DNA of 56,987 nt from an uncultured virus (IMG/VR IMGVR_UViG_3300029305_009261) (IMGVR_UViG_3300029305_009261); one strand, 5' to 3'; shown: positions 41,515 through 50,597, counted from the stretch's first letter. The notes: generated by a model from the letters alone, not told the origin. Numbers and translations are program-made.

Positions 41515-41883
41515 TTATAAAGCTTTAGATACAGCTTCAATAATTTTATCTTCAGCAAATGGTTTTACAATAAAATTCATGGCTCCATGCTGTAATGCGT
41601 CTAAAACCATAGACTGTTGTCCCATAGCCGTACACATAATTACTTTAGCATTTGGAGCAATCTTTTTAAGCTCTTTTAGGGCTTCTAAACCGTCCATTTC
41701 TGGCATGGTGATATCAAGAGTAATAAGGTCGGGAGAATGCTCCTTATACATTTCAAGCATTTCTCGTCCATTATTAGCTTCAATTACTTCATGACCAAGT
41801 TTAGTCACAGCATTTTTAATTACCATTCTCATAAATGCTGCATCATCTGTTACAAGTATTTTTGCCATTATATTTACCTCCAT
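41515..41883 (-). CDS. cheY: chemotaxis response regulator CheY
   Basis: VTDDAAFMR, LDITMPEMDG, CTAMGQQ, FIVKPF (Firmicutes CheY signature). Confidence 0.9.
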   Translation of the reverse strand: MEVNIMAKILVTDDAAFMRMVIKNAVTKLGHEVIEANNGREMLEMYKEHSPDLITLDITMPEMDGLEALKELKKIAPNAKVIMCTAMGQQSMVLDALQHGAMNFIVKPFAEDKIIEAVSKAL

Positions 41884-41901
41884 ATGTGGCGCTGTTTTTG
41901 T

Positions 41902-42423
41902 TTAAATTGGATTTCCATGTGATAGCATGTATTCGCAACAAGAATTTAAGTATTCTCCAAATTCTTTCATTTTTGTTTTAGTTAGACGGAATCGATATCC
42001 AATATCTGAGGCATTCCAAAGAAAAATTTCATACCATTCTCTTCTACAATGGTGGATTACCCAAGATACGCCATCACCACATGGAAGAATTTCATTATCT
42101 AAAAACTTAATTTTATAATCAGTTCCATCATGGTTAATAGTAATACTCTTTTTCCCTTCCATAAGATATTTAATATAACAGGAAACTTCTCCTATTTCAG
42201 AACATTCATCACAATAGCTATCAAAAAGTTCTTCAGAGAATCCATCATCTTTCCAAAGTTTAAAAATCCGATAATGATAATAAACCTTATAGACATCATT
42301 CCAGTCTTTTGGAGGGTTGGCTCCAAAGCTATGACAGGAGGACTGTCTTGGATAAAAACGAAAAATGATTTTTTCGTCTTCGTCTTCGAAAATAATAAAA
42401 TCTATATGGCGTTGTTTATACAT
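41902..42423 (-). CDS. hypothetical protein
   Basis: AGGAG RBS. Confidence 0.6.
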   Translation of the reverse strand: MYKQRHIDFIIFEDEDEKIIFRFYPRQSSCHSFGANPPKDWNDVYKVYYHYRIFKLWKDDGFSEELFDSYCDECSEIGEVSCYIKYLMEGKKSITINHDGTDYKIKFLDNEILPCGDGVSWVIHHCRREWYEIFLWNASDIGYRFRLTKTKMKEFGEYLNSCCEYMLSHGNPI

Positions 42424-42435
42424 AAAGATATCTCC

Positions 42436-42750
42436 TTACCATAAATAATGTTTGGTTTGTTCATAGAATTCTTCATCAAAAAATGACCGTTCCAGTCGTT
42501 CCTTATTACAGTATTCATTTTCTATAAGAGCATTGATTGCTTCTATATTCTTTTCATAAAAATTCATACCAAAGGTATTGATACAATATTGTTTTACGAT
42601 ATCTTGAGCCTCATACAAATCAACGGTTTCAGATAGCTCTGTTGTCATTTTCGTAAGAGTTTGAACCAATTCCAGATTTCCATGGAATTGAAGATATTTA
42701 TTCATTAGAGAGGAGTAAGTTATGTATTCCGGGTCGACAAAATAGTTCAT
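42436..42750 (-). CDS. hypothetical protein, paralog family D
   Basis: DLY.AQ...FG...YE.N.EA.N.L.EN.Y shared with 51753..52097. Confidence 0.65.
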   Translation of the reverse strand: MNYFVDPEYITYSSLMNKYLQFHGNLELVQTLTKMTTELSETVDLYEAQDIVKQYCINTFGMNFYEKNIEAINALIENEYCNKERLERSFFDEEFYEQTKHYLW

Positions 42751-42772
42751 AAATGAATCACACCTCTTTTCT

Positions 42773-43249
42773 TTATTTCAAAACTTGTCGCAAATATTTT
42801 GTATGACTATTTTTGATAAAATCATCTATCAATGTGCTTTCATGACGGGTGGCAGCAAAAGCTAAAACGGTTTTTGTTGGTTTGTTTTCTCGGTTATAGC
42901 TATCTACTGGAATATATTTAATTTTATGAGTAAGTAAGTAGTCACAAAGTTCCGTGATACTATCCTCATGATTGCACGTAAGGATATTGGTATAAGTAGC
43001 TTCTTTTTGTAATCTATCATTTGCAAGCATTGCTATATAAGTTCCTACACCGGAGCAAACACTAATAATAATGATAGTAGTAAATGAATCATCAGATGCT
43101 ACAGATTGAATTACCATATAAAATAAAAACTGACTCACGATTACCAACAAACTAGTTGCAAGTTTTTTGTTTTTATATACTAAAATATTTTTTGCAGTTC
43201 CGATAATATTATCGAAAATTTTAATAAGTCCTAATAAAATAAGTTCCAT
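42773..43249 (-). CDS. DUF5698/DUF2179-like membrane protein
   Basis: KI.DN...T.K, G.GTY, 3 TMs. Confidence 0.6.
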   Translation of the reverse strand: MELILLGLIKIFDNIIGTAKNILVYKNKKLATSLLVIVSQFLFYMVIQSVASDDSFTTIIIISVCSGVGTYIAMLANDRLQKEATYTNILTCNHEDSITELCDYLLTHKIKYIPVDSYNRENKPTKTVLAFAATRHESTLIDDFIKNSHTKYLRQVLK

Positions 43250-43477
43250 AAGCTATTCCTTTATCCGTATCATGGATTGAAGCTCTTTTAGGTTCATAGA
43301 AGCTAATCCACCTACTTCTGTTTTAATATAGAGATAAGTTCCATTATGACCACTTCCAAAATCATCAATAGTACCAATAATAGCAGGCAATCCAACACAT
43401 TGAACTTTTACTTTGTCGCCTAGAAAAAAGTAAACATGATTGAATAATAAACGTCTTTTTGCTAGTGTTAACATGCT

Positions 43478-43831
43478 TTATTCTCCTTTAGAGCCATATA
43501 ATGTTCGTTCACAGCTTTGATACTCTGGAGTATTTTGGATGTCTTCAAAAACCGAATTATAAACATTTCTCATTTTATGTAAAATAGACTTCTGATAGGT
43601 TGGAATATATAAATTATCAATGTCTTTATGAGAAACTATATAACATCCTTTTTTCTTATTACAAGAAGAATGAGTATAGCCTTTGTTTACTCGACTCCGG
43701 ATAAATGATGTCATCTTTTCACAAAATAAGACATCATAACAATATTCTGGAGCCATTTTAGGAAAAATATGTTCAATTGTTTTTTGACCTTTAATTGGTT
43801 TCCCACAAATAATACAAATATTGGATTTCAA
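43478..43831 (-). CDS. HNH-like protein
   Basis: CxxCG...TIEH.FP...N....H..CN..KG. Confidence 0.65.
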   Translation of the reverse strand: MKSNICIICGKPIKGQKTIEHIFPKMAPEYCYDVLFCEKMTSFIRSRVNKGYTHSSCNKKKGCYIVSHKDIDNLYIPTYQKSILHKMRNVYNSVFEDIQNTPEYQSCERTLYGSKGE

Positions 43832-43884
43832 AAAAATATCCCTGCCTTTCTTTTTTACAATAGATAGTATTTTTTACTATCATT

Positions 43885-43914
43885 TATTAGCTATCTTTTG
43901 GTTTAAGCTTTCGG
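43885..43914 (-). promoter_or_regulatory. element-specific promoter-like motif, copy 6
   Basis: CCGAAAGCTTAAACCAAAAGATAGCTAATA. Confidence 0.8.
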
Positions 43915-44105
43915 AATATTTTTTTATATAGACTTTTAAGAAATAAAGAATATTTAAAAAAGTTTTTAGTATTTTTTTTATATTAGTATAATGTAAAAGT
44001 TTGACATGAAAATTTGTTCGATTTTGTCAAAATTCTGTATTGTTGCTGTGGACAAATAGAATTTTTCTTTTTATAATAACAATAAGAAAAAAGGAGGAAG
44101 TTTTC

Positions 44106-44795
44106 ATGAATAAATTACAAAAATATGAACTATTGCATGGAACACTATATACATATGGAGGGGCTTTAAAAGAAAAAGAAATTCCAATACCAGAAGAAAT
44201 TGATTGTGTGGAAGATATTTGTATTTATGCGAAAGAACAACAGCTTTCTCTATATTACTGGCCTCAGGAAGATATTTTAGGATATATGGAAGAATGCTAT
44301 GTTACTAGAATTGCAGAAAGATATAATCTTACATTAAATCCAGAACCATTTTTTGAATATGTAAATGGAGAAAAAATTGTTCCGTTTCCTGAAAAATTAA
44401 CTCCACCTCCGGTAGAAGAATCAATTGCTGTACATACGATTCGGTTAGACAAAGATAATGAATTATTTTGTATTGGAAGTAAAAGCGCTATTGAAAAGCT
44501 TCAGAGTCGGAAGAAAAGAGATTTCATTTCTTTAGTAATTTTTCTTACGAAACATAATATTTATTGTGGAATACAATGTACTAATTCAAAAAATTTAATT
44601 CAAATTCCAGAAGTATCTATGGATACACTATATGGAAATGGCTTAATTGTAGACGAACAGTTATTTGTAGAGGCTATGATACTCTCTGATTTAGAAAAAT
44701 CATACAAAGGGTTAGATATTTTACAAATGACAAAAGAAGAATTAGATGAATTGGTTAAAAATACATGGTGGAATACTAAATTTAAAATAAAATAA
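44106..44795 (+). CDS. hypothetical protein (plus strand)
   Basis: AGGAGG RBS before ATG 44106; bidirectional terminator at ~44804-44858. Confidence 0.7.
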   Translation: MNKLQKYELLHGTLYTYGGALKEKEIPIPEEIDCVEDICIYAKEQQLSLYYWPQEDILGYMEECYVTRIAERYNLTLNPEPFFEYVNGEKIVPFPEKLTPPPVEESIAVHTIRLDKDNELFCIGSKSAIEKLQSRKKRDFISLVIFLTKHNIYCGIQCTNSKNLIQIPEVSMDTLYGNGLIVDEQLFVEAMILSDLEKSYKGLDILQMTKEELDELVKNTWWNTKFKIK

Positions 44796-44858
44796 TCATG
44801 ACAAATAAAAAACACTTGCCACAATTTCTAAAAACGGAACAGGACAAGTGTTTTATTT

Positions 44859-45254
44859 TTAATATTTTTTAAACATATAATAAACGTCGTTTTTACATAC
44901 CCAATAGACTTCTTCTCCAATTCTATAAGAATAATTTCTTCCTAAATAAGCATCCATACTTGAAAATGTATATTCTGAATCTTTAAGTTTTACAGTAGAA
45001 GAATCAATTAGCTTTGTAATTGTTGAAACACCACATTTTTGAGGCTTAAAAAGTGTTTCTATAATGATACTAAAACTAGCGAACTGGAAAGCACATGCAA
45101 TAAATCCTAAAAGGACTTCTATAAAAATAGGGATATTAACACAATGTAATAAAAACAAAGCAAGTAAAGAAGCACAGAGAACTAAAAACGTATTTTTCAG
45201 TTTATGTTGAATAAATAATTTATATGTTTTGTGATTGGTAATAATTTGTAACAT
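44859..45254 (-). CDS. 2-TM membrane protein
   Basis: AGGAG RBS. Confidence 0.6.
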   Translation of the reverse strand: MLQIITNHKTYKLFIQHKLKNTFLVLCASLLALFLLHCVNIPIFIEVLLGFIACAFQFASFSIIIETLFKPQKCGVSTITKLIDSSTVKLKDSEYTFSSMDAYLGRNYSYRIGEEVYWVCKNDVYYMFKKY

Positions 45255-45296
45255 AAAAAGAACTCCTTAATAACAATTTTATAGATTACTACTACC

Positions 45297-45326
45297 TATT
45301 AGCTTATTTTTGGTTTAAGGTTTCGG
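45297..45326 (-). promoter_or_regulatory. element-specific promoter-like motif, copy 7
   Basis: CCGAAACCTTAAACCAAAAATAAGCTAATA. Confidence 0.8.
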
Positions 45327-45342
45327 CTTTTCATATTGATAG

Positions 45343-45414
45343 TGTCCCGTGAAGGAATCGAACCCTCATCAAAGCGTTAGAAGCGCCTTGTACTATCCAT
45401 TATACTAACGGGAC
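45343..45414 (-). tRNA. tRNA-Arg(UCU)
   Basis: Cloverleaf; anticodon loop CTTCTAA. Confidence 0.9.
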
Positions 45415-45418
45415 ATAG

Positions 45419-45492
45419 AGACAATGGTGGGATTCGAACCCACGAATGCCGGAGTTGCAGTCCGGAGCGTTAAACCACTTCGCCACATTGTC
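45419..45492 (-). tRNA. tRNA-Cys(GCA)
   Basis: Loop CTGCAAC. Confidence 0.9.
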
Positions 45493-45512
45493 ATATTCCA
45501 TAATAGGGGGAG

Positions 45513-45585
45513 CGGCCCTTACCGGACTTGAACCGATACCAATGGAGTCAAAGTCCATTGCACTAACCAGTTATGCTAAAGGGCT
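45513..45585 (-). tRNA. tRNA-Gln(UUG)
   Basis: Loop CTTTGAC. Confidence 0.9.
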
Positions 45586-45590
45586 ATAAG

Positions 45591-45662
45591 CAGACGAGGA
45601 CAGATTTGAACTGTCGACTGAACTTTCAGAGAGTCCTGTGTTACCAATTACACCACTCGCCT
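45591..45662 (-). tRNA. tRNA-Gln(CUG)
   Basis: Loop CTCTGAA. Confidence 0.85.
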
Positions 45663-45666
45663 ATAG

Positions 45667-45739
45667 AGCTGATGACGAGATTCGAACTCGTATATCCCGG
45701 TTTTGCAGACCGGAGCCTTTCCGTATTGGCTACATCAGC
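45667..45739 (-). tRNA. tRNA-Cys(GCA)
   Basis: Loop CTGCAAA. Confidence 0.9.
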
Positions 45740-45743
45740 ATAG

Positions 45744-45828
45744 CGTTTGCGGAGGGATTCGAACCCTCGGTGCTGTTACACACACTTCCTTAGCAGGGAA
45801 GTACCATAAACCACTCGGACACGCAAAC
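45744..45828 (-). tRNA. tRNA-Ser(GCU)
   Basis: Loop CTGCTAA, long variable arm. Confidence 0.9.
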
Positions 45829-45865
45829 ATATATATATATAAAGTTATTGTTATATAGCAATAAA

Positions 45866-45952
45866 CGCTTACGACAGGATTCGAACCTGTGAGGCTTTAT
45901 AGGCCCACCTGATTTCCAATCAGGCTCCTTAATCCATCTCGGTCACGTAAGC
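45866..45952 (-). tRNA. tRNA-Ser(GGA)
   Basis: Loop TTGGAAA, long variable arm. Confidence 0.9.
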
Positions 45953-45958
45953 ATATAG

Positions 45959-46045
45959 CGGTACATATAGGACTCGAACCTATAAAGCTTTTTACGGCTA
46001 TGCCAGTTTTCGAGGCTGGTGCCTTTCCAGTTAGGCTAATGTACC
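45959..46045 (-). tRNA. tRNA-Ser(CGA)
   Basis: Loop CTCGAAA, long variable arm. Confidence 0.85.
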
Positions 46046-46052
46046 AAATAAG

Positions 46053-46192
46053 CGATAGATTAGGGATTCGAACCCCAATGCCGATACGAGCCGACTATAA
46101 CGGACGCCTTTTTACTCCTACGGAGCAACCAATCTCCGTTGTCTTAAACTACGGTTTTCGGGACCGATGCAATACCATTCTGCCAACCTACC
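46053..46192 (-). tRNA. 140-nt Ser(CGA)-like tRNA with ~73-nt variable region
   Basis: Acceptor GGTAGGT/ATCTATC-G, D arm, loop CCCGAAA, T arm TGGGG-TTCGAAT-CCCTA. Confidence 0.65.
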
Positions 46193-46202
46193 ATTTTTCA
46201 CA

Positions 46203-46247
46203 TAAAAAATAGAGCTATCATAAGATTATACCTCTTACAATAGCTCC
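46203..46247 (-). terminator. intrinsic terminator (putative attenuator) before the Ser/Cys/Gln/Arg cluster
   Basis: GAGCTATTGTAAGA-loop-TCTTATGATAGCTC followed by TATTTTTT. Confidence 0.75.
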
Positions 46248-46299
46248 GTATAAAAACGAGAAATATTGCTAATACAACAAAACGTTAGTAGTTTTGTTG

Positions 46300-46428
46300 T
46301 CAAGAATAATATAAACATATGATTATAGATTTTTTGTATTTAGTTGCACGGCAAATAGAGTCACTCTGAGAAGACTGACTTTGACATCTACACTGTGAAC
46401 TTCTTGAAATTATAATCATAGTTTTCAT
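46300..46428 (-). CDS. putative leader peptide rich in Ser/Gln/Cys/Arg
   Basis: AAAGGA RBS; MKTMIIISRSSQCRCQSQSSQSDSICRATKYKKSIIICLYYS. Confidence 0.7.
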   Translation of the reverse strand: MKTMIIISRSSQCRCQSQSSQSDSICRATKYKKSIIICLYYS

Positions 46429-46452
46429 TGTTTTAGTTTCCTTTCTTTAGCA

Positions 46453-46884
46453 TTATATTGATAATTCGATATTTTCTTTATTTTTTATGTTTTCGTGTAG
46501 TTCTGCTAAGGATTTTGGGACACCTTTTATAGTCCATTCTTCTGGTAAAAACCGAAGAAAAACTTCTGCAAGTTCTTGCTCTTCGTAAAGACAATTATAG
46601 GAATTTACGTCGAGATAATTTGGAGTAGAATCCTCATAATCCACATAATCATCCATATCAGGAAAAACATTTCGGATAAAATAGTCTTTGTCTTTTATTG
46701 GAGTGTAAAAACTAAACTCAAAATAAAGACCATTATACCTTACTTCTATTTCATAAAAGTCATTTTCATACTCTTTTTGTTTTTCTTTGTTATTCTTAAA
46801 AATTTCATACCATACAGATTTTTCTGTTTTGTGTAAGAGGATAATTTCTTTTCTTGAACGCAAATGATTTATTAAAGTTTCCAA
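46453..46884 (-). CDS. hypothetical protein
   Basis: AGGAGG RBS, TTG start. Confidence 0.65.
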   Translation of the reverse strand: METLINHLRSRKEIILLHKTEKSVWYEIFKNNKEKQKEYENDFYEIEVRYNGLYFEFSFYTPIKDKDYFIRNVFPDMDDYVDYEDSTPNYLDVNSYNCLYEEQELAEVFLRFLPEEWTIKGVPKSLAELHENIKNKENIELSI

Positions 46885-46956
46885 TTAAGTTTCTCCTCCT
46901 AATAGTGTTTTTCTGTCATAGTTATGATAAAATTAAAGTTTTGCAATAATCTTAAG

Positions 46957-47034
46957 TACCCCTTGCAGGAGTCGAACCTGCAGAAAGAACTGCGGTTCTG
47001 AGCCGCAGGTGTATGCCATTTCCACCAAAGGGGC
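46957..47034 (-). tRNA. tRNA-Leu(CAG), short variable arm
   Basis: Loop CTCAGAA. Confidence 0.85.
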
Positions 47035-47038
47035 ATAA

Positions 47039-47125
47039 TCTCCCGACTGGGACTTGAACCCAGAGGTTTGTGGTTGCCCGTCCTGCGTCCTTAGCGCAGC
47101 GCCTATGCCATTCGGCTACCGGGAG
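47039..47125 (-). tRNA. tRNA-Leu(AAG)
   Basis: Stem CTGCG/CGCAG, loop CTAAGGA. Confidence 0.85.
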
Positions 47126-47129
47126 AAAA

Positions 47130-47211
47130 TACACATGACGAGATTTGAACTCGTATGGATTGCTCCCATAGGGTTTGAGCCTACTACGTCTGCCAGTTCC
47201 GTCACATGTGC
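47130..47211 (-). tRNA. tRNA-Leu(CAA)
   Basis: Loop CTCAAAC. Confidence 0.9.
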
Positions 47212-47212
47212 G

Positions 47213-47300
47213 TACACCCAGAGGGGGTCGAACCCTCACCCTACTTTAATTTCGGAACGGAGCTTAAATCCGTCGTGTCTTCCTGTTCCACCATGGGTGC
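47213..47300 (-). tRNA. tRNA-Leu(UAA)
   Basis: Loop TTTAAGC. Confidence 0.9.
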
Positions 47301-47354
47301 ATATTTTGTTTTATTAAGTTGTCTAAGGTTACATAATCGTAAGAGTCGCAACAT
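47241..47354 (-). CDS. putative Leu leader peptide reading into tRNA-Leu(UAA)
   Basis: MLRLLRLCNLRQL... with AAAGGACGGGTG upstream. Confidence 0.65.
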   Translation of the reverse strand: MLRLLRLCNLRQLNKTKYAPMVEQEDTTDLSSVPKLK

Positions 47355-47384
47355 ATTTTGCACCCGTCCTTTCTTATTTTTTTT

Positions 47385-47933
47385 TTATTGTTGTTGTTGT
47401 ACTAATTCTACAAAATTATATGGAATGATATAAATATAGTCAACTTGTGTAACTCCTAGTATTTGTACTTTATTGTCTTCGATTGGGAGTTTACAAGTAG
47501 AAATCATCATAACTTCTTCGCCTAATGGAACATTGAGTAATAATTTACTTCCATTACTAGTAGTTCTTCTTTGACCATCCCATTCATAAACGATATGTAA
47601 TCGTTCACTTTCTCCATGTCTTTTTAAAAGAGCTACATCAATAAGTTTTACCGGATATATTTCTTCTTGATTGTTTTGTAACACCTCTAACCATCGCATA
47701 TATTCATTTTTCTTACAAATTTTCGATGGGAAATAGATAAAAGTAATCCCTATAATAATGGAAATTATAATAGTTCCTACTAATTCAGAAGGGGTTGTTA
47801 TTGCACTTCCTATTGCAAGGATAATACCTAATAAACCAAGGCCACGAAAGACATTCATAATAAACTTTATAATTTTGGCTTCTTGTTTTTTTGACTGAAT
47901 CATCAACTTACGTTCTTCCGGATTAAGTTTCAT
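47385..47933 (-). CDS. 2-TM membrane protein
   Basis: AGGAG RBS. Confidence 0.65.
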   Translation of the reverse strand: MKLNPEERKLMIQSKKQEAKIIKFIMNVFRGLGLLGIILAIGSAITTPSELVGTIIISIIIGITFIYFPSKICKKNEYMRWLEVLQNNQEEIYPVKLIDVALLKRHGESERLHIVYEWDGQRRTTSNGSKLLLNVPLGEEVMMISTCKLPIEDNKVQILGVTQVDYIYIIPYNFVELVQQQQ

Positions 47934-47954
47934 GAAATTTTGACAGGCTCCTTT

Positions 47955-48482
47955 CTAAGAAGAAAACTTCTTTTTATCATTCTTTGTTTTTTCTTTTAAT
48001 CGAATAATATTAAAAAACGAAACAGCTAATATCATTATGTCAAAAAATGATGACACATATAATCCAATAGAAAAATCATGAATAAACCAAAGTATCATAT
48101 TAAAACATATTACATATCGTAACGATTGTGCTGATTTCAATATATAAGAACAAGTCGTATATATAACACCAGCTAATATAGGTAAGATACCGATAAATCC
48201 ATTTTTATTAAGAGATAGTCCTAGAACAACCAAAATTACGGCAAATAAGCCATTAATAATTGGTGTGTTCTTATTTTTTGCGGTTAAATAATTTCGAAAT
48301 CCGGCAATTGCATTAGAAACTGCTGCTGAATAACCACCAATAAATAGACATGCAATGAAGTTAAACAAACAGTCGCAAATTTGGACTAATAACATTTTGT
48401 CTTTCTTTTTTGCAAAGGTGCTATACGCTAAAAACGAACAACCAATAGCCGAAAAAATATTTGCTAATATTACCACAGACAA
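47955..48482 (-). CDS. YgjV-like inner membrane protein
   Basis: Multi-TM; K...L..Q, GGYSA...N....RN, W..HD. Confidence 0.7.
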   Translation of the reverse strand: MSVVILANIFSAIGCSFLAYSTFAKKKDKMLLVQICDCLFNFIACLFIGGYSAAVSNAIAGFRNYLTAKNKNTPIINGLFAVILVVLGLSLNKNGFIGILPILAGVIYTTCSYILKSAQSLRYVICFNMILWFIHDFSIGLYVSSFFDIMILAVSFFNIIRLKEKTKNDKKKFSS

Positions 48483-48508
48483 TCTCCTTGTATTTATTTA
48501 TCGGTGAA

Positions 48509-48589
48509 AGGCAGGACTAGGAGTCGAACCTAGTATCTCAACGGGTTATGAGCCCGGAATGGTTTATGTATCCGTTCCACTCTCCTGCA
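48509..48589 (-). tRNA. initiator-type tRNA-Met(CAU) with enlarged D loop
   Basis: GGG/CCC anticodon stem, loop CTCATAA, 1-72 mismatch. Confidence 0.7.
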
Positions 48590-48591
48590 AG

Positions 48592-48664
48592 TACCAGAAA
48601 ACAGGTTTGAACTGTTGACATTGGTCATATGAGGACCATGCTCTACCAACTGAGCTATTCTGGT
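48592..48664 (-). tRNA. tRNA-Met/Ile2(CAU)
   Basis: Loop CTCATAT. Confidence 0.85.
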
Positions 48665-48726
48665 ATAAAAACCGGTAATGACTATGCCAAAACCGGGGGT
48701 TGTATCTACTCGTGGTAGTACAAGTG

Positions 48727-48797
48727 AGCCGATAATAGGAATCGAACCTACATCAACTGTTTACGACACAGCCGCCCTACCGTTGGGCTATATCGGC
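48727..48797 (-). tRNA. tRNA-Thr(CGU)
   Basis: Loop GTCGTAA. Confidence 0.85.
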
Positions 48798-48829
48798 AAA
48801 TATCCATATTAAAGTAGTATGGAGATATT

Positions 48830-49174
48830 TTAAAATTGATATAACATAACCTCAAAAACTATCATACTACCAAAAAGAATAGATAAAAGTATTCCGAGTT
48901 TATAAATATTATATATTATCGGATTAAACATTTCAGAGGGGTTATTTTTCTTGATAAAAACCCTCTTTCTGGTGCGCAAGCACTTCCCTGCGACAGTATT
49001 GCGATACGTCGTATTATTATATTTATATACAAATGTTGTATTATACAAACCTTTAGTGGTATTTGGTCCATACATAAGATGTTGTATTCCAGTATGTTGA
49101 AAACAATCGGCAATTACGCCTACATGGGTTTTGCGAATGCTAATTATCTGTTTTAAAAAGAAAATCAACATCAC
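48830..49174 (-). CDS. membrane protein
   Basis: ORF between tRNAs; start uncertain. Confidence 0.55.
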   Translation of the reverse strand: MMLIFFLKQIISIRKTHVGVIADCFQHTGIQHLMYGPNTTKGLYNTTFVYKYNNTTYRNTVAGKCLRTRKRVFIKKNNPSEMFNPIIYNIYKLGILLSILFGSMIVFEVMLYQF

Positions 49175-49244
49175 TATGCAAACAACAAAAGTTAAAATAT
49201 ACTCGAATATAAACCAACCTCTCTTTATGAAAATTTGTTGTTAA

Positions 49245-49316
49245 AGCCTCATGTGTGAATCGAACACACGATAACTGGGTTACAAATCCAGCGCACTACC
49301 ACTGTGCTAATGAGGC
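49245..49316 (-). tRNA. tRNA-Thr(UGU)
   Basis: Loop TTTGTAA. Confidence 0.9.
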
Positions 49317-49319
49317 AAA

Positions 49320-49601
49320 TTATTTCTTTTTTGTATTTTTTATAAACATAATAAAGAAGAATATAGTTAAAGCAAATGGAATTCCAACAAACATTATTGT
49401 TAAAACTATAGCCCCGGGAGTTAAAAGAACAGCAAGAACCTGTCCAAACTCATCTACAGGGGAGAGTAAATTTTTAACCACGTTAATGGTCATTGGGATG
49501 AATTCTTTTCCAAGAGATATCGTTGTAATACCCAAAAATAAGCTAACAACAAAATAACAAAATGTCTTAATATTGGATTTATTATCTTTGTCAGAATTCA
49601 C
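49320..49601 (-). CDS. small membrane protein
   Basis: AGGAG RBS, GTG start. Confidence 0.6.
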   Translation of the reverse strand: MNSDKDNKSNIKTFCYFVVSLFLGITTISLGKEFIPMTINVVKNLLSPVDEFGQVLAVLLTPGAIVLTIMFVGIPFALTIFFFIMFIKNTKKK

Positions 49602-49632
49602 AATTTATTCTCCTTATACTTATGTTATTAAA

Positions 49633-49704
49633 TACCGCTAAAAAGAATCGAACTTTCATCCTCTGGTTCGTAGCCAGATACTCTATCCATTAAGCTATAG
49701 CGGT
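49633..49704 (-). tRNA. tRNA-Arg(ACG)
   Basis: Loop CTACGAA. Confidence 0.9.
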
Positions 49705-49823
49705 AAAGCATGGGTGTTAGGACTTGAACCCAAAACTCTGAGGTTGGAGCTCAGCATGTTGCCAATTACACCACACCCACATATTGTTTTATGAGGTTTA
49801 GTCCATCGCCATCGTTTTGTCAT
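49695..49823 (-). CDS. putative Trp/Arg/Thr leader peptide reading through tRNA-Trp
   Basis: AAAGGAG RBS; MTKRWRWTKPHKT... Confidence 0.65.
   Translation of the reverse strand: MTKRWRWTKPHKTICGCGVIGNMLSSNLRVLGSSPNTHALPL
49709..49780 (-). tRNA. tRNA-Trp(CCA)
   Basis: Loop CTCCAAC. Confidence 0.9.
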
Positions 49824-49968
49824 AGTAGTTATCTCCTTTCTTCTTGAATTGTTTTAACAATTTACAACTGCCACAATGATTTCTGTTTTTGCAGAACCAA
49901 CAATTATCCGTATCCAACCAAAACCATCTTGGTGGTTGTGGTCGTTGTTTTCTTTTTGCTTTTCCCAT
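49798..49968 (-). CDS. small basic Cys-rich protein
   Basis: MGKAKRK...CWFC...CGSC with AAGGA RBS. Confidence 0.6.
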   Translation of the reverse strand: MGKAKRKQRPQPPRWFWLDTDNCWFCKNRNHCGSCKLLKQFKKKGDNYYDKTMAMD

Positions 49969-49997
49969 ATTGACATTCCTTTTTATATTATAGCCAG

Positions 49998-50071
49998 TAC
50001 GCCCGGTCAGATTCGAACTGACAATCACTGCTTATAAGGCCAGCCGCAACGTACCACATCACCTCGGGCGC
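49998..50071 (-). tRNA. atypical tRNA-Ile(UAU)
   Basis: Perfect acceptor and T arm, loop CTTATAA, irregular D arm and bulged anticodon stem. Confidence 0.7.
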
Positions 50072-50110
50072 TTATTTTATAAGAACCTCTGGTATTCGTA
50101 TTCGTTTCAT
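50072..50110 (-). CDS. putative Ile(AUA) leader peptide
   Basis: AGGAG RBS; MKRIRIPEVLIK, all three Ile codons ATA; stop codon abuts the tRNA 5' end. Confidence 0.7.
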   Translation of the reverse strand: MKRIRIPEVLIK

Positions 50111-50265
50111 ACTTTATCTCCTATTTATTATCGGTTTTTATTTTTCTTTGGACATTCGCATTTGCTATAATAATCGCATTTGGAACATTTGCATTTCTTA
50201 CACCAGTATGAAATTATTTTTCCAATAATACAATGTTTTAACAAGTGAATGTCTCCTTAGTTTTT

Positions 50266-50493
50266 TTAGTATTTTCCCCATGTTAAAGAATTAAAATGGG
50301 AAGTTGTTAGCTTTTTATAATCACAGTCTTTAAGTAAGATATCATTATGCCTACGGATTTGACGATTGTATAATTTCTTACAACGTCGATTGCCTTCTTT
50401 CACTTCTCCTTGTAAAGTAGTTGCATTTTTCTTACTTTTTTGCCAGTTATGTCTTTTGGTGTGAGCATTCCCGGAAAAAGGTTTTTGTTGCAT
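50266..50493 (-). CDS. small basic protein
   Basis: AGGAGG RBS. Confidence 0.6.
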   Translation of the reverse strand: MQQKPFSGNAHTKRHNWQKSKKNATTLQGEVKEGNRRCKKLYNRQIRRHNDILLKDCDYKKLTTSHFNSLTWGKY

Positions 50494-50520
50494 AAAACTA
50501 CCTCCTAAAAACTGTTTTAG

Positions 50521-50593
50521 TTGGGACTGACGGATTTGAACCGACGACCACCTCCGTATCAGAGAGGCACTCTACCAACTGAGTTAAATCCCA
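50521..50593 (-). tRNA. tRNA-Ile(GAU)
   Basis: Loop CTGATAC. Confidence 0.9.
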
Positions 50594-50597
50594 ATAA

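Noticed and set aside
252..44824. Short plus-strand ORFs antisense to longer genes
   Set aside because: Shadow ORFs of AT-rich minus-strand CDSs; only 2109..2363 and 44106..44795 were kept.
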